DNA of 64,000 bases from Parcubacteria group bacterium M6-OD1-1 (GCA_003056085.1 LSNK01000001.1:88729-152728); one strand, 5' to 3'. Counted from the stretch's first letter, positions 50,342-60,340 are shown. Program-made: numbers and translations. The notes: generated by a model not told the origin, from the letters alone.

Positions 50342-50821
50342 TTAAATATTTAAAATTCTAAAAAGCGCTATCCCTAAAGAGACGGATACATTTAAAGATT
50401 CTTTTTCCCCTCTCATTTTGATTTCGGCCACCACATCGCACCTTTTAAGAATTTGTTTTGAAATTCCCTTAACTTCATTGCCAAACAAAAAAGCAATCGG
50501 ATATTTTGGCTTTATTTTTTTGTAATCTAAAGAATCTTCCGACAGCTCAACCCCAACAACAAAGACCCTTTCTTTTTTAAGTTTTTTAATTAAAGAACCC
50601 ACCTGTTTACAGTGTTCCCATTTAACGCTTTTTTCCGCGCCTAAAGCAGACTTGGCAAAATCTTTTCTTTTCCTGCCAAACCTATCAAGTGGTGTTGGAG
50701 TATAACCGCAAAGATATATTTTTGAAATACCGGCAGCATCTGCGGTCCTAAAAATAGCTCCGACATTGTAAACGCTTCTTATATTATGAAGTATTATAAA
50801 AGCTTCTTTTTTATTATTCAT
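50342..50821 (-). CDS. SpoU/TrmH-family RNA 2'-O-methyltransferase (SPOUT fold)
   Basis: IILHNIRSVYNVGAIFRTADAAGI...LFGNEVKGIS...SLNVSVSLGIALFRI are SPOUT motifs, 159 aa. Confidence 0.8.
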   Translation of the reverse strand: MNNKKEAFIILHNIRSVYNVGAIFRTADAAGISKIYLCGYTPTPLDRFGRKRKDFAKSALGAEKSVKWEHCKQVGSLIKKLKKERVFVVGVELSEDSLDYKKIKPKYPIAFLFGNEVKGISKQILKRCDVVAEIKMRGEKESLNVSVSLGIALFRILNI

Positions 50822-50883
50822 CTTTAAAGTATATCAAAATTTAAAGTAAAATAAAAAAGTCATTTTATATACTTTTATTTTAA

Positions 50884-51399
50884 ATGAAAAAAGGATATTA
50901 TAGATATATGAACAAAGAAGAGATTTATTACAAAAAATCAGACGACGAAATAGAATGGTCAGCTTACGAATTTTTGCATCACGAAAAAGACAGGCAATGG
51001 TTTTTGGTGTTTTGGATAATATCCGGCGGTGTTTTTGCAAGTCTTCTGATATTTGGCAATACTTTTGGAGCCGCAACCATGGCTTTGTTTATAATTATTT
51101 TGTATATGTATGCTTTAAAAAAGCCTGAAACAATTCATTGCAAACTTACACAAGAAGGAGTTGTATTCAACGATAGATTATTTCCTTACAACAACATTTC
51201 GTCTTTTTGGATTCTTTACGAACCGCCTGTCAAAGAACTCATTATAATAAGCAAGCATAAACTAATGCCCAAAATATCCATTCCGATAGATGATGCCAAC
51301 CCAACAGAAATAAGAGAAATAATGCTCAATAACGGAGTATTAGAAAAAGAAGAGGAGGAAACTCTTTCTGAAATAATTGCAAGAAAGCTAAGATTCTGA
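50884..51399 (+). CDS. Hypothetical membrane protein
   Basis: 171 aa with two TM helices after an acidic N-terminus. Confidence 0.45.
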   Translation: MKKGYYRYMNKEEIYYKKSDDEIEWSAYEFLHHEKDRQWFLVFWIISGGVFASLLIFGNTFGAATMALFIIILYMYALKKPETIHCKLTQEGVVFNDRLFPYNNISSFWILYEPPVKELIIISKHKLMPKISIPIDDANPTEIREIMLNNGVLEKEEEETLSEIIARKLRF

Positions 51400-51414
51400 T
51401 ATATAAAGATAAAC

Positions 51415-51488
51415 GCTTCCGTAGCTCAACTGGATAGAGTGCTTGGCTTCGAACCAAGAGGTTGGGGGTTCGAGTCCCTCCGGGAGCA
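51415..51488 (+). tRNA. tRNA-Arg (TCG)
   Basis: GCTTCCGTAGCTCAACTGGATAGAGTGCTTGGCTTCGAACCAAGAGGTTGGGGGTTCGAGTCCCTCCGGGAGCA, anticodon loop CTTCGAA. Confidence 0.85.
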
Positions 51489-51618
51489 CAAAAATTTAAT
51501 TGGAAAAATTGAGTATTTAGTTTTAGATTTATTTTGGAATATTAAAAAAGCGCGAGTTATTTAACTCGCGCTTTTTGCATAAAATATATTACGCAAAAGA
51601 TTATATTTTAAGCTGTTA

Positions 51619-51816
51619 TTATGCTTCAAAAATCAGGTATTTTTCACCTTCATACGGATACACAACAGCCTTCCCGCTTCTTTTAGCATCATAATTGCCT
51701 TTTACAACAACCATACCCGAAGAATCGGGAATTTCCAGCTCATTTAGTCCATTCTCTCTGATTTCCAAAATGGCACTTTTTATCTTTTTTTGAAAAGAGT
51801 CTGTAAAAGCAATCAT
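51619..51816 (-). CDS. Small hypothetical protein
   Basis: Probable start MIAFTDSFQKK. The longer ORF-track version (to 51876) overlaps the kinase gene end. Confidence 0.35.
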   Translation of the reverse strand: MIAFTDSFQKKIKSAILEIRENGLNELEIPDSSGMVVVKGNYDAKRSGKAVVYPYEGEKYLIFEA

Positions 51817-51862
51817 AATACTCACCTTGTTTTTTAATAATATAATTATGTAAACATATACA

Positions 51863-52501
51863 TTAAATATTGTCAATGTATTTTTTCAATTTTCTTTTGG
51901 TTATTTTTAAAAACTCAAAGTCGTCGGTAAAATAAGTTACTTTGCTTTTGATGTCATCAAATTCTCTGTATGGGTCTTCATCACCAAAATACATTTTTTT
52001 CCCATTTCCAAAATCAATTACAAAAGGTTCACCGTTTTTACCCACCATAATATTTCTATCTTGAGCATCTCTATGAAAGATATCTTCTTTATGCATCTTA
52101 GTGAAAAAATTCTCCAAACTGCTGAAAAATAAATCAATGTTAAAATTTTCCGGAAGATTCTCCCTTCCTTCTATAACATCGCTTAAACTGACAGCATCTA
52201 ACCTTTCCATAACAAGCGCATGCACGTTATCTCCCGATTGTGTTTTAGCTTTTATTGAATAATACGGATTCGGAACTCTAACAACATCATCTATCTCTCT
52301 TAAACTATCCAAAAGTTTCGCTTCTTCATCTACCTTGCTAAACTCATTTCCTTTATAATAGTCACCTTCTATATCCTTAATAATCTTATAGCAAATTTCC
52401 GGATTTGTTTCACTGAAGCTGACTTCCGCTGTCCTTCCCTCTCCTAATCTATTTTTTTGGGTTCCTAAAATTTCAAAAAATTTATGAATGTATTTCTTTT
52501 T
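51863..52501 (-). CDS. Atypical small protein kinase (RIO/Kdo-kinase-like) lacking an in-frame canonical start
   Basis: The frame is open from 52501. It encodes the Gly loop LGEGRTAEV, a catalytic loop IFHRDAQDRNIMV and DFG (VIDFG). The first ATG/GTG/TTG is only at 52312, after the Gly loop. The upstream HTH ORF is in the +1 frame across an A7 run (52497-52503). Confidence 0.5.
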   Translation of the reverse strand, partial: KKKYIHKFFEILGTQKNRLGEGRTAEVSFSETNPEICYKIIKDIEGDYYKGNEFSKVDEEAKLLDSLREIDDVVRVPNPYYSIKAKTQSGDNVHALVMERLDAVSLSDVIEGRENLPENFNIDLFFSSLENFFTKMHKEDIFHRDAQDRNIMVGKNGEPFVIDFGNGKKMYFGDEDPYREFDDIKSKVTYFTDDFEFLKITKRKLKKYIDNI

Positions 52502-52736
52502 TTATCAAAGAATTATTTTCAATGATTCTTTGGTTAATTTTAGAGCTTCTTCTTTTTTCTTTAGATAGTCTATGTGCTGCAGCTCCTTTGTAGACATCCT
52601 TGCCATTTCTTTTAACTTCTCTTAATATCGTTGTTCTGTGAAAATCTAACTCTTTTCCTATTTCCGCGTATGTACGTCCTTGTTTTAACATCAAAGCTAT
52701 ACAAACACGATCATCTCGTTTAAGATGTTTATGCAT
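52482..52736 (-). CDS. IS30-family transposase-like N-terminal HTH domain only (standalone HTH protein, or possibly fused to the downstream kinase by a frameshift)
   Basis: RDDRVCIALMLKQGRTYAEIGKELDFHRTTILREVKRNGKDVYKGAAAHRLSKEKRR matches the IS30 HTH_38 pattern (L..GxSxxxIAxxLGRxxSTIxRExxRN...Y.A..A). No DDE domain follows. Confidence 0.5.
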   Translation of the reverse strand: MHKHLKRDDRVCIALMLKQGRTYAEIGKELDFHRTTILREVKRNGKDVYKGAAAHRLSKEKRRSSKINQRIIENNSLIKKEIHS

Positions 52737-52902
52737 ACTCGTGGTATTTAATTAGTTGATTACAAACTATTTATACCACGAGTTTTGCTTTGGTGCATTT
52801 CAGGTGTTAATTCAGCATCTGCTCTTGACAAAAAGCGTAAAAAGTTATTTAATTTAACAAATATGCTGGCACTTTACAATCAAATTATTTCAGGAGAATA
52901 TT

Positions 52903-53487
52903 ATGGACGGCGATTTCTTTTTTACTTTATTTATAACCTCAGTGGTTATAAATTTGATTTTTATAATAAAAATGGCAATGATGCATAAAAAACTACACAC
53001 CAACCCTCTGACCGGACTGCCAAACAAAGAAGGCTTTGAACGAGCAAGAAAAAACAAAGAAGAAAACAAAGGATCCATACTTTATTTGGACCTGGATAAT
53101 TTCAAAAAAATCAATGACGAATACGGCCACTCTGTTGGAGATGAAGTCATCAAACTATTTGGCAATTTCTTAAAACGTCAAATAAGAAGCACCGACGAAC
53201 TCCGCAGACTTAACGGCAAAAAAAATAATATCGCGCATTTTCATGGAGACGAATTTGTTATATTTCTTGACGGAGCTTCATTTTCTGAAGCAAAAAAAGT
53301 CAAAAAAAAGATTATATCAAATTTAAAAAATGAAGAATTTCTCATTGAAGAAGCTGACGGAAATATTAGCATTAGTGTTAATACAACCATTGGCATTGCT
53401 CTTTTTGAAGAGTCTTACGAAAAGACCATACAGCAAGCAGACGTAAAAATGCTTGAAGCAAAAAAAGAAAAAGGCGTAACAAGATAA
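52903..53487 (+). CDS. Membrane-anchored GGDEF-domain protein with degenerate active site (HGDEF)
   Basis: N-terminal TM helix. GGDEF fold motifs LDLDNFKKINDEYGH...RSTDELRRLNG...AHFHGDEFVIFL. The first Gly of GG(D/E)EF is replaced by His. Confidence 0.75.
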   Translation: MDGDFFFTLFITSVVINLIFIIKMAMMHKKLHTNPLTGLPNKEGFERARKNKEENKGSILYLDLDNFKKINDEYGHSVGDEVIKLFGNFLKRQIRSTDELRRLNGKKNNIAHFHGDEFVIFLDGASFSEAKKVKKKIISNLKNEEFLIEEADGNISISVNTTIGIALFEESYEKTIQQADVKMLEAKKEKGVTR

Positions 53488-53591
53488 TTTTATCCCCCTT
53501 ATTAAATTTGATAAGAGGGATTTTTTCTTGCAAAAACTGCTTATTTTCTATATTCTTAGTTTAAATGTTAAATAAATAAAAAATTAAATTT

Positions 53592-54191
53592 ATGTTGGTT
53601 ATTGATATGGAGGCTACGGGGTTAGACGCCCGCAAAAATTCAATATTAAGCATTGGCGCAGTTGATTTTGATAATTCAAGAAGGCAATTTTATGAAGAAT
53701 GCCGAGTTTTTGAAGGCGCTGAGATTGACCCTGAGGCACTGGCGGTAAACGGATTTACAAGAGAAGAATGCCTTGATAAAAGAAAGAAAACACTAAGAGA
53801 AGTTATGATTCTTTTTAAAGAATGGATTGACGAATCTGAAGGAGACAAGATACTCGCCGGACAAAATGCCTACTATGATAGAGAAATTTTAAATGAATCT
53901 TTTAAAAGATCTGCCATAGATTTTCAATTTCATTTCAGAATAATAGAGATGCACTCTATAGCGTATTTTGATTTTATAAAGAAAGGTTTGACCCCGCCCC
54001 ACAAAGAAGAAATTTCCGCTTTAGGCTTGGACAAAATATTAAATTATGTCGGACTGCCGGATGAACCAAAACCTCACAACGCGCTGACAGGAGCAAAGGT
54101 GGAAGCTGAAGCGCTATCAAGAATATTTTATGGTAAAAATCTTTTGGAGGATTTTAAAGAATATAAAGTACCTGAAATATTTTTAAAATAA
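53592..54191 (+). CDS. DEDDh-family 3'-5' exonuclease (DnaQ/oligoribonuclease-like)
   Basis: Exo I motif VIDMEATGLD, Exo II YYDREIL and Exo III H...A, 199 aa. Confidence 0.75.
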   Translation: MLVIDMEATGLDARKNSILSIGAVDFDNSRRQFYEECRVFEGAEIDPEALAVNGFTREECLDKRKKTLREVMILFKEWIDESEGDKILAGQNAYYDREILNESFKRSAIDFQFHFRIIEMHSIAYFDFIKKGLTPPHKEEISALGLDKILNYVGLPDEPKPHNALTGAKVEAEALSRIFYGKNLLEDFKEYKVPEIFLK

Positions 54192-54240
54192 AAAGATCCG
54201 GCATTATGCCAAGACCTTTTATTGAGTTTATTGCCTTTTA

Positions 54241-54444
54241 TTAATCAAATCCTTCCGGTAATTGCCGTTCAGAAATTGTCTCCCATATATTATTTTTCTT
54301 ATTAACAACAGGAACTATATTTATTTTGGGATTTTCCCATTCTCTTATAGACATCTTCAAAAGTCTATATCCTAAAAATATTAATGTTATTGATAGATAA
54401 CCACCCACCAAAAAAACAATAATTTTTAAGATTTCCAAGCTCAT
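54241..54444 (-). CDS. Small membrane protein
   Basis: 67 aa with one TM helix. Confidence 0.35.
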   Translation of the reverse strand: MSLEILKIIVFLVGGYLSITLIFLGYRLLKMSIREWENPKINIVPVVNKKNNIWETISERQLPEGFD

Positions 54445-54524
54445 AGCATGTTCTCCTTGTTTTTAAACTTATTTAATAGAGTATAATACAAAAATACACA
54501 AGTCAATTATGCTAAAATTAATCT

Positions 54525-56648
54525 ATGAAATCAATTGATATTTGCGACCCGATAGAAAACCTAAGGGGTGTAAACTCAAAAATAACAAAGCAGTTGGAGC
54601 ATCTTGGTATAGAAACTGTCCGGGACTTGCTTTTGTATTTTCCAAGACGCTACGACGACTTTTCTGTCACTACCAAAATAAAAGACATTACGATAGGAGA
54701 AAAATATACTATATCAGGCACTGTGCTTTCTATTGAAAACAACAGAGCTTTCAGGTCCAGAATGGCGATAACAAGCGCGCAAATAAGCGACGGAGACAGA
54801 ACCATAAAAGCTATCTGGTACAATCAGCCGTTTTTAATAAGAAACATACACAAAGATCAAAAAATAAACATTTCCGGAAAAGTCGGATACCAGCAAAAAA
54901 GTTTAATTATGCAAAATCCGGCTTATGAAGTTTTGAATTTAAACTCAGAAACCACACATACGGGAAGACTCGTCCCGATATATAAAGAAACGCGAGGACT
55001 AACATCAAGATGGCTAAGATCTCTTGTTAAAAATGCGCTTACTTGTTCCGACCAAATAGAGGACATTTTGCCCGAAGACATAAAAAAGAAAAGAAGCTTA
55101 ATAAGCACTCAAAGCTCCGTAAAACAAATCCATTTTCCTAAAAACAGAAAGGAGCAGCAAGAAGCAAAAAGAAGGATATCTTTTGACGAACTTTTTTTGA
55201 TACAGCTTGTAATATTAAATTCCAAAAAACAACTTGAATCTGTCGGCGCACCGAAAATAATTCCCGACATCAAACTTACAAAAACAATATTAAGCTCTCT
55301 TCCTTTTAAACTTACGGACGCGCAAAAAAAAGCCTTGTGGCAGGTATTGAAGGATATGGAAAAAGGAGTTCCGATGAACAGACTCGTTGAGGGGGACGTT
55401 GGTTCAGGAAAAACTTTAGTTGCGCTTTTGTCTGCCGCAAGTACGGCAAAAAGCGGTTGGCAAACAGCTTTTATGGCGCCAACGGAAATTTTAGCTTCCC
55501 AGCATTTTACAGAAACTATAAAAGTCTTAACTGACGCCAACTTAAACATTGCGCTTTTAACAGCATCGGAAAGCACAGCGTACGAACCTGAACTTAAAGA
55601 AATATATTCTCCTAAAAAAAACGATCTTATTAAGATGATAAATAACGGGAAAATAGATATAGTCTTGGGAACGCATTCTCTAATACAGGATAAAGTAAAA
55701 TTTAAAAAACTCGGACTGGTGATATTGGACGAACAACACAGGTTTGGAGTTAAACAGCGCGCCACACTGCTCAAAGACCAAGATTTCACTCCTCATCTTT
55801 TAAGTATGACCGCAACTCCCATACCAAGGACACTTGCAATGACAGCATACGGCGACTTGGATATTTCTTTAATAGATCAAATGCCAAAAAATAGAAAAAA
55901 AGTGATTACAAAAACGGCTTCGGGGAAAGAAAGAAAAAAAGAATACGACTTCATAGAAAAAGAAGTTAAAAAAGGACGACAGGTTTTTGTTATTTGTCCG
56001 AAAATAGAAAATAAAAATCAAGATGACGTAGAGCTCACGGAAAGACAACTTAAATCTCTTAAAATAAAAGCGGTAAAAGAAGAATATGAAAAACTTTCTG
56101 AAAAAATATTCCCTCACCTTAAAGTTGCTATGCTTCACGGGAAAATGAAACCGAAAGAAAAAGACCAGATAATGAAAGATTTCAAAGATAAAAAATATGA
56201 TATATTAGTTTCAACATCAGTAATTGAGGTTGGGGTGGATGTTCAAAATGCAACTATTATGATGATAGAGGGTGCCGATAGGTTTGGGCTTTCTCAACTT
56301 CATCAATTTCGCGGCAGAGTTGGCAGAGGAGAACACCAGTCTTACTGCTTTTTATTTTCCGATTCAGAATCGGAAAATTCAAGAATAAGACTTAAAATAA
56401 TGGAAACATGTTCTGACGGATTTAAGCTGGCGGAATACGACTTAAAAATGCGAGGACCGGGAGATTTTTTAGGAAAAAATCAATCCGGTATTCCGGATGT
56501 TGCAATGGAAGCATTGATAAATCCATTTTTAATTTCAGAAGCGCAAGAAGAAGCAAAAAAAATAATAGAAAAAGACCCAACTCTCAAAAAACATCCAAAA
56601 ATTTTAAAAAGAATATCCAAAATGACGGAAGAAATACATTTTGAATAA
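54525..56648 (+). CDS. recG: ATP-dependent DNA helicase RecG
   Basis: Wedge/OB N-domain, helicase motifs GDVGSGKT...DEQHRFGV...VSTSVIEVGVDV...QFRGRVGRG, 707 aa. Confidence 0.9.
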   Translation: MKSIDICDPIENLRGVNSKITKQLEHLGIETVRDLLLYFPRRYDDFSVTTKIKDITIGEKYTISGTVLSIENNRAFRSRMAITSAQISDGDRTIKAIWYNQPFLIRNIHKDQKINISGKVGYQQKSLIMQNPAYEVLNLNSETTHTGRLVPIYKETRGLTSRWLRSLVKNALTCSDQIEDILPEDIKKKRSLISTQSSVKQIHFPKNRKEQQEAKRRISFDELFLIQLVILNSKKQLESVGAPKIIPDIKLTKTILSSLPFKLTDAQKKALWQVLKDMEKGVPMNRLVEGDVGSGKTLVALLSAASTAKSGWQTAFMAPTEILASQHFTETIKVLTDANLNIALLTASESTAYEPELKEIYSPKKNDLIKMINNGKIDIVLGTHSLIQDKVKFKKLGLVILDEQHRFGVKQRATLLKDQDFTPHLLSMTATPIPRTLAMTAYGDLDISLIDQMPKNRKKVITKTASGKERKKEYDFIEKEVKKGRQVFVICPKIENKNQDDVELTERQLKSLKIKAVKEEYEKLSEKIFPHLKVAMLHGKMKPKEKDQIMKDFKDKKYDILVSTSVIEVGVDVQNATIMMIEGADRFGLSQLHQFRGRVGRGEHQSYCFLFSDSESENSRIRLKIMETCSDGFKLAEYDLKMRGPGDFLGKNQSGIPDVAMEALINPFLISEAQEEAKKIIEKDPTLKKHPKILKRISKMTEEIHFE

Positions 56649-56675
56649 AAAATATAACACTTAAAAATCAAAAAA

Positions 56676-56716
56676 TAACAACCTTTTTGACGACCGTCAA
56701 AAAGGTTGTTATTTTT
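56676..56716. terminator. Bidirectional terminator between recG and the GT2 gene
   Basis: aacaacctttttgacg/accgtcaaaaaggttgtt then attttttt. Confidence 0.65.
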
Positions 56717-56744
56717 TATAAATTCCATTTGAGATACCAAACTT

Positions 56745-56790
56745 CAAAAATTGAGTGCAGGTTGCAGCTAAAATTTTGAAGTTTTATCTC
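56745..56790. repeat. REP-like element copy (hairpin form)
   Basis: cttcaaaaattgagtgcaggttgcagctaaaattttgaagtttt. The ttgagtgcaggttgcag core lies in the loop of a ttcaaaatt/aattttgaa stem. Confidence 0.45.
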
Positions 56791-58322
56791 CCTTTTGGAG
56801 TCACCCAAAAACCCATATACTTTCCGAGCATCAACCTTGTCTGCGCTTCAAGCCCTGGAAAAGATCCAAAAACAATTATAGTGACAAACAAAAGCGGCCA
56901 TTGAAGTATCATTATAAGATATTTAAATCTTCCGTATTCCGGCGGTTTTGGAGGAAGTATCATCATGGTTAAAATTACTGAAGTTATTATACCAAGCATA
57001 GCAAGCATCATTATGGACTTTGTTATTTCAGGCAAGTTATAAGCTAAAAGAAGTTGATTAAACGCCTCCCCGCCAAGATAAAGCGGCAACCACCCCAAAA
57101 GAAAAATTATAAGTGCGTTAGTAGCCCAAGAATGAAAACCCTCTATAATTGTCCAAGAATAATGCCACTTTTTTTTGAATGATATTTTTTTGTTTTTTAA
57201 AAAACCAAACAAAAAATACGGCACATTTTCCACTCCGTAACCCCAACGCCTTTGTTGTTTATATTGGTTTATCATCGTATGCCAAAACTTTGGAGCGACA
57301 TTTGCGTCCATAGAAACAGGATAATACATCGGCACAACAGAATAGTCCCCGTCATATCTTAAAAAGCATTGCCAAAATATTCTTGAATCCTCAGAGACCA
57401 TATTTACCTGCCAAAAATCAACGTCTACAAGAGCTTGAAACGGCATTGAGTGCGAAGAAAAAGTTGTCATTCTTTCCGGTCTTTCCTGCTGAAGAGTGTG
57501 CCAAAAAGTAGCGGAAAAAGATATAACTCTTGCGATGGCCGGCGCCTGCCAAATGTTGTTTATATAAAAAGGAACGGGTTGGTAACTCGCTCTTTGTGGG
57601 TTTTTTGTTGAAAGATAAACATACATAAGCCTTGAAAAATATTCTTTCCACAAAACAGTATCAATATCCAAAGCGGAAACGACTATTTTATCATACGGCA
57701 AGTTCTCCTTGTCTATTATTTCTTCTTTTACTTTTTTCCCCGCAAAAGCGATGTTTGACCCCTTGCCGGCTATTTCACCCTCAATGTTCCCGGGGTGTTT
57801 TGTTATTAAAAACCTGAAAAACTTATCGCCAAACTTTTTTTTGATTTCTTCCGCCAACTTTTCTGCACGCTCTCCCACCCTTTCTTCTATTGCAAACACA
57901 ATTATCATTTTATCTTTAGGATAATTTATATCTAAAATTGACTGCATAGTCGGCTCAACTATATCCATTCCTTCATCGTAAACCGGAAGCACTATCAAAT
58001 TATAAAAATCCTCCCATCCCTTTTTTTCCTTTCTTAATCTTTCCATCCAGTTTATTTTTATATTTTTTCTTGTTTCCTTAAATCCAACTTTAAGATGAAA
58101 AGATAAAAATATGGTTTTTAGCAGCCAGTAAACATCAAAGGCTATAATAAAAAATGCTATAAAAACCGGAGAAGACCAAGATAGAAAAACAACCAATATT
58201 AAGGTCGTCCACGATAAAAAACCTGGAAATATTTCAAAAATCCGATAAATCAGCCTTTCTTTTTTATCTTTAAGATCGTTTGCTTTTGAAAGCTTCAAAT
58301 AATACCTATCGCTGTCATTCAT
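56784..58322 (-). CDS. Membrane-embedded processive family-2 glycosyltransferase (cellulose/chitin/hyaluronan-synthase-like)
   Basis: N-terminal TM pair, a GT-A domain, the Q(Q/R)xRW motif (QYKQQRRWGYG) and a C-terminal TM bundle, 512 aa. Confidence 0.7.
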   Translation of the reverse strand: MNDSDRYYLKLSKANDLKDKKERLIYRIFEIFPGFLSWTTLILVVFLSWSSPVFIAFFIIAFDVYWLLKTIFLSFHLKVGFKETRKNIKINWMERLRKEKKGWEDFYNLIVLPVYDEGMDIVEPTMQSILDINYPKDKMIIVFAIEERVGERAEKLAEEIKKKFGDKFFRFLITKHPGNIEGEIAGKGSNIAFAGKKVKEEIIDKENLPYDKIVVSALDIDTVLWKEYFSRLMYVYLSTKNPQRASYQPVPFYINNIWQAPAIARVISFSATFWHTLQQERPERMTTFSSHSMPFQALVDVDFWQVNMVSEDSRIFWQCFLRYDGDYSVVPMYYPVSMDANVAPKFWHTMINQYKQQRRWGYGVENVPYFLFGFLKNKKISFKKKWHYSWTIIEGFHSWATNALIIFLLGWLPLYLGGEAFNQLLLAYNLPEITKSIMMLAMLGIITSVILTMMILPPKPPEYGRFKYLIMILQWPLLFVTIIVFGSFPGLEAQTRLMLGKYMGFWVTPKGR

Positions 58323-58499
58323 ATTAATGGCCTGCTTATAATCTTCAATATTAAAAATATTTTACAAATTAAACATTAGAAATTCTAATGTTTAATTTTC
58401 GCAATGAGATCATAAGTAGGTTCTTATATCCTATATTAAAAATACAAAATAAAAAACATTGACTTTTCACCAAAAATAGTTTATATTAAAATAAGTTTT

Positions 58500-59153
58500 T
58501 TGACAATGAGGATATTTGATATGCAAAACTGGCAATTTATTTGGCATAGGATACTTGTCGGACTTTCTTTGAGAAAAGAAATATATCCGGTAAGTAACGA
58601 AATTCTAACTTTTCCAAACAGCATTACCGCTTTTGGCTTTCTGTCTCTTTTTTTATATCAAGCAAATTATCTTTACGGTTTTTTGCATAACAATACCGGT
58701 TTTTTCCCTGGACACATTGCGCTAACACTTCTTGTTGTCGCAATAATAAGCGATGCTTTGGATGGATTTTTTGCAAGGACGCTCGGAGCCTGCTCTCATA
58801 TTGGAGAAATACTTGATCCCGCAAGAGACAGATACCTCGCTTTTGTAATACTGCTTCAAATGGCAACGGTAGAAAAAACCTCTTTTGTTATTTTTGTGGT
58901 GGGTTCAATCATTTTAATTGAAACCTCCACAGCTATTCAAAATTGGAAATACTCCATAGCAGTCAATGGAGTAGGTAAACTAAGGATGGGAATTCATATG
59001 TTTTGCAGTTTGATATTCGTCATCCAAACTTACCAAATTTGGACATCAATCAATATAATAAGCACCGAAACTCTTGTTGTGATAATGCTTTTGGCGACAG
59101 TAATGTCGTCATTCAAATATGTATCACTGGCATCCTTGCCAAACAGCAAGTAG
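58500..59153 (+). CDS. CDP-alcohol phosphatidyltransferase family protein (PgsA-like)
   Basis: The DALDGFFARTLGACSHIGEILDPARDR region matches the family signature DGx2ARx8Gx3Dx3D, 217 aa. Confidence 0.75.
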   Translation: MTMRIFDMQNWQFIWHRILVGLSLRKEIYPVSNEILTFPNSITAFGFLSLFLYQANYLYGFLHNNTGFFPGHIALTLLVVAIISDALDGFFARTLGACSHIGEILDPARDRYLAFVILLQMATVEKTSFVIFVVGSIILIETSTAIQNWKYSIAVNGVGKLRMGIHMFCSLIFVIQTYQIWTSINIISTETLVVIMLLATVMSSFKYVSLASLPNSK

Positions 59154-59387
59154 AACATTGTTCCAAACAAAAAGACTCCCTTATCAACATCTGGGGAGTT
59201 TTTTCTTGTAAAAAACACTTAAAATGCTATTATTATAACAATATGAAATTAAAAACAAAAGGCATTTAAATTTTTGGATGTAATTTGCGGAAAAATCAAG
59301 GAGCAAAATGAGTCGTACTCAAAAGTACGACGAATGAGCACCTCAGATTTTAACAAAGAAGTACGTCAAAAATAAAATACCCACGAT

Positions 59388-60140
59388 ATGAAATTAAAAA
59401 CAAATCTGCACTTTCACACAGCAGACGACCCAAATCACGAAATTGAATATTCTTTTTATCAAGCGATAGACAAAACATCGGCGCTTGGTTTTTCTGTTTT
59501 GGCTCTTACCTGCCACAACTACTTTGCTTGGTCAAAAAAATATGCGGAATATGCGGAAGAAAAAGGCGTTTTGTTAATCCCCGGGATTGAGATCGGCATA
59601 GACAGAGGAAAAGTTTCAAAAGAAGGAAGACATCTTATAATTTTGGGATGCGATAAAGATGTAGAAAAAATCCAAACATTTGACGATGTAAGAAAATACA
59701 AAAAAGAACATCCTGAAATTTTTATTCTTGCTCCCCACCCATTTTTTTACGGAAGCTTCAGTTTAAAAGATGCTCTTGAAAAAAATATTGATATAATAGA
59801 TGCCATAGAACAATCCTGGTTTTACTCAAAGTGGTTTAATAAAAACAAAGAAGCAGAAAAAATGGCGAAAAAATACAACCTGCCTTATATATCAACATCA
59901 GATACTCACTTTTTTAATTTTATAGACAGACATTACGCCACAATAACAACAAAAGAACAAACGCAAGAAGCAGTTTTTGAATCAATGAGAAAAAAACAAT
60001 TTAAAAACACAACAAGTCCTCAAAACTTCTTGCTTGATTTAATGATAATACAAGGAATATTCACCATCTCAGATAACATAAAACGATTTGCCAAAAAATT
60101 CTCTAAAAAACCTGCTGCCAATCTTGATTTTTCCGAATAA
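59388..60140 (+). CDS. PHP-domain metal-dependent phosphoesterase
   Basis: N-terminus MKLKTNLHFHTADDPNHE... and internal His/Asp ligand spacing of the PHP fold, 250 aa. Confidence 0.7.
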   Translation: MKLKTNLHFHTADDPNHEIEYSFYQAIDKTSALGFSVLALTCHNYFAWSKKYAEYAEEKGVLLIPGIEIGIDRGKVSKEGRHLIILGCDKDVEKIQTFDDVRKYKKEHPEIFILAPHPFFYGSFSLKDALEKNIDIIDAIEQSWFYSKWFNKNKEAEKMAKKYNLPYISTSDTHFFNFIDRHYATITTKEQTQEAVFESMRKKQFKNTTSPQNFLLDLMIIQGIFTISDNIKRFAKKFSKKPAANLDFSE

Positions 60141-60216
60141 ATAATGTAATATTCATCCAATGATAAATCCGACTACGGTCGGGTTTTGATATTAAAAGAC
60201 CAAAAAACTTAAAAAT

Positions 60217-60288
60217 GGCCTCATCGTCTAACGGTTAGGACACCAGCTTTTCAAGCTGGCGATCGGGGTTCGATTCCCCGTGGGGCTA
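60217..60288 (+). tRNA. tRNA-Glu (TTC)
   Basis: GGCCTCATCGTCTAACGGTTAGGACACCAGCTTTTCAAGCTGGCGATCGGGGTTCGATTCCCCGTGGGGCTA, anticodon loop TTTTCAA. Confidence 0.85.
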
Positions 60289-60298
60289 CAATTAAAAC

Positions 60299-60340
60299 AA
60301 AAACCTCCTTACTCACGAAGGGGGTTTTTGTTTTGGTTCG
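60299..60340 (+). terminator. Terminator after tRNA-Glu
   Basis: aaacctcctt-actcacg-aagggggttt then ttgttttgg. Confidence 0.55.

Noticed and set aside
52479-52504. Stop-codon read-through joining the IS30-like HTH ORF to the kinase.
   Set aside because: The two ORFs are in different frames (offset by one nucleotide). A frameshift, not read-through, would be required.
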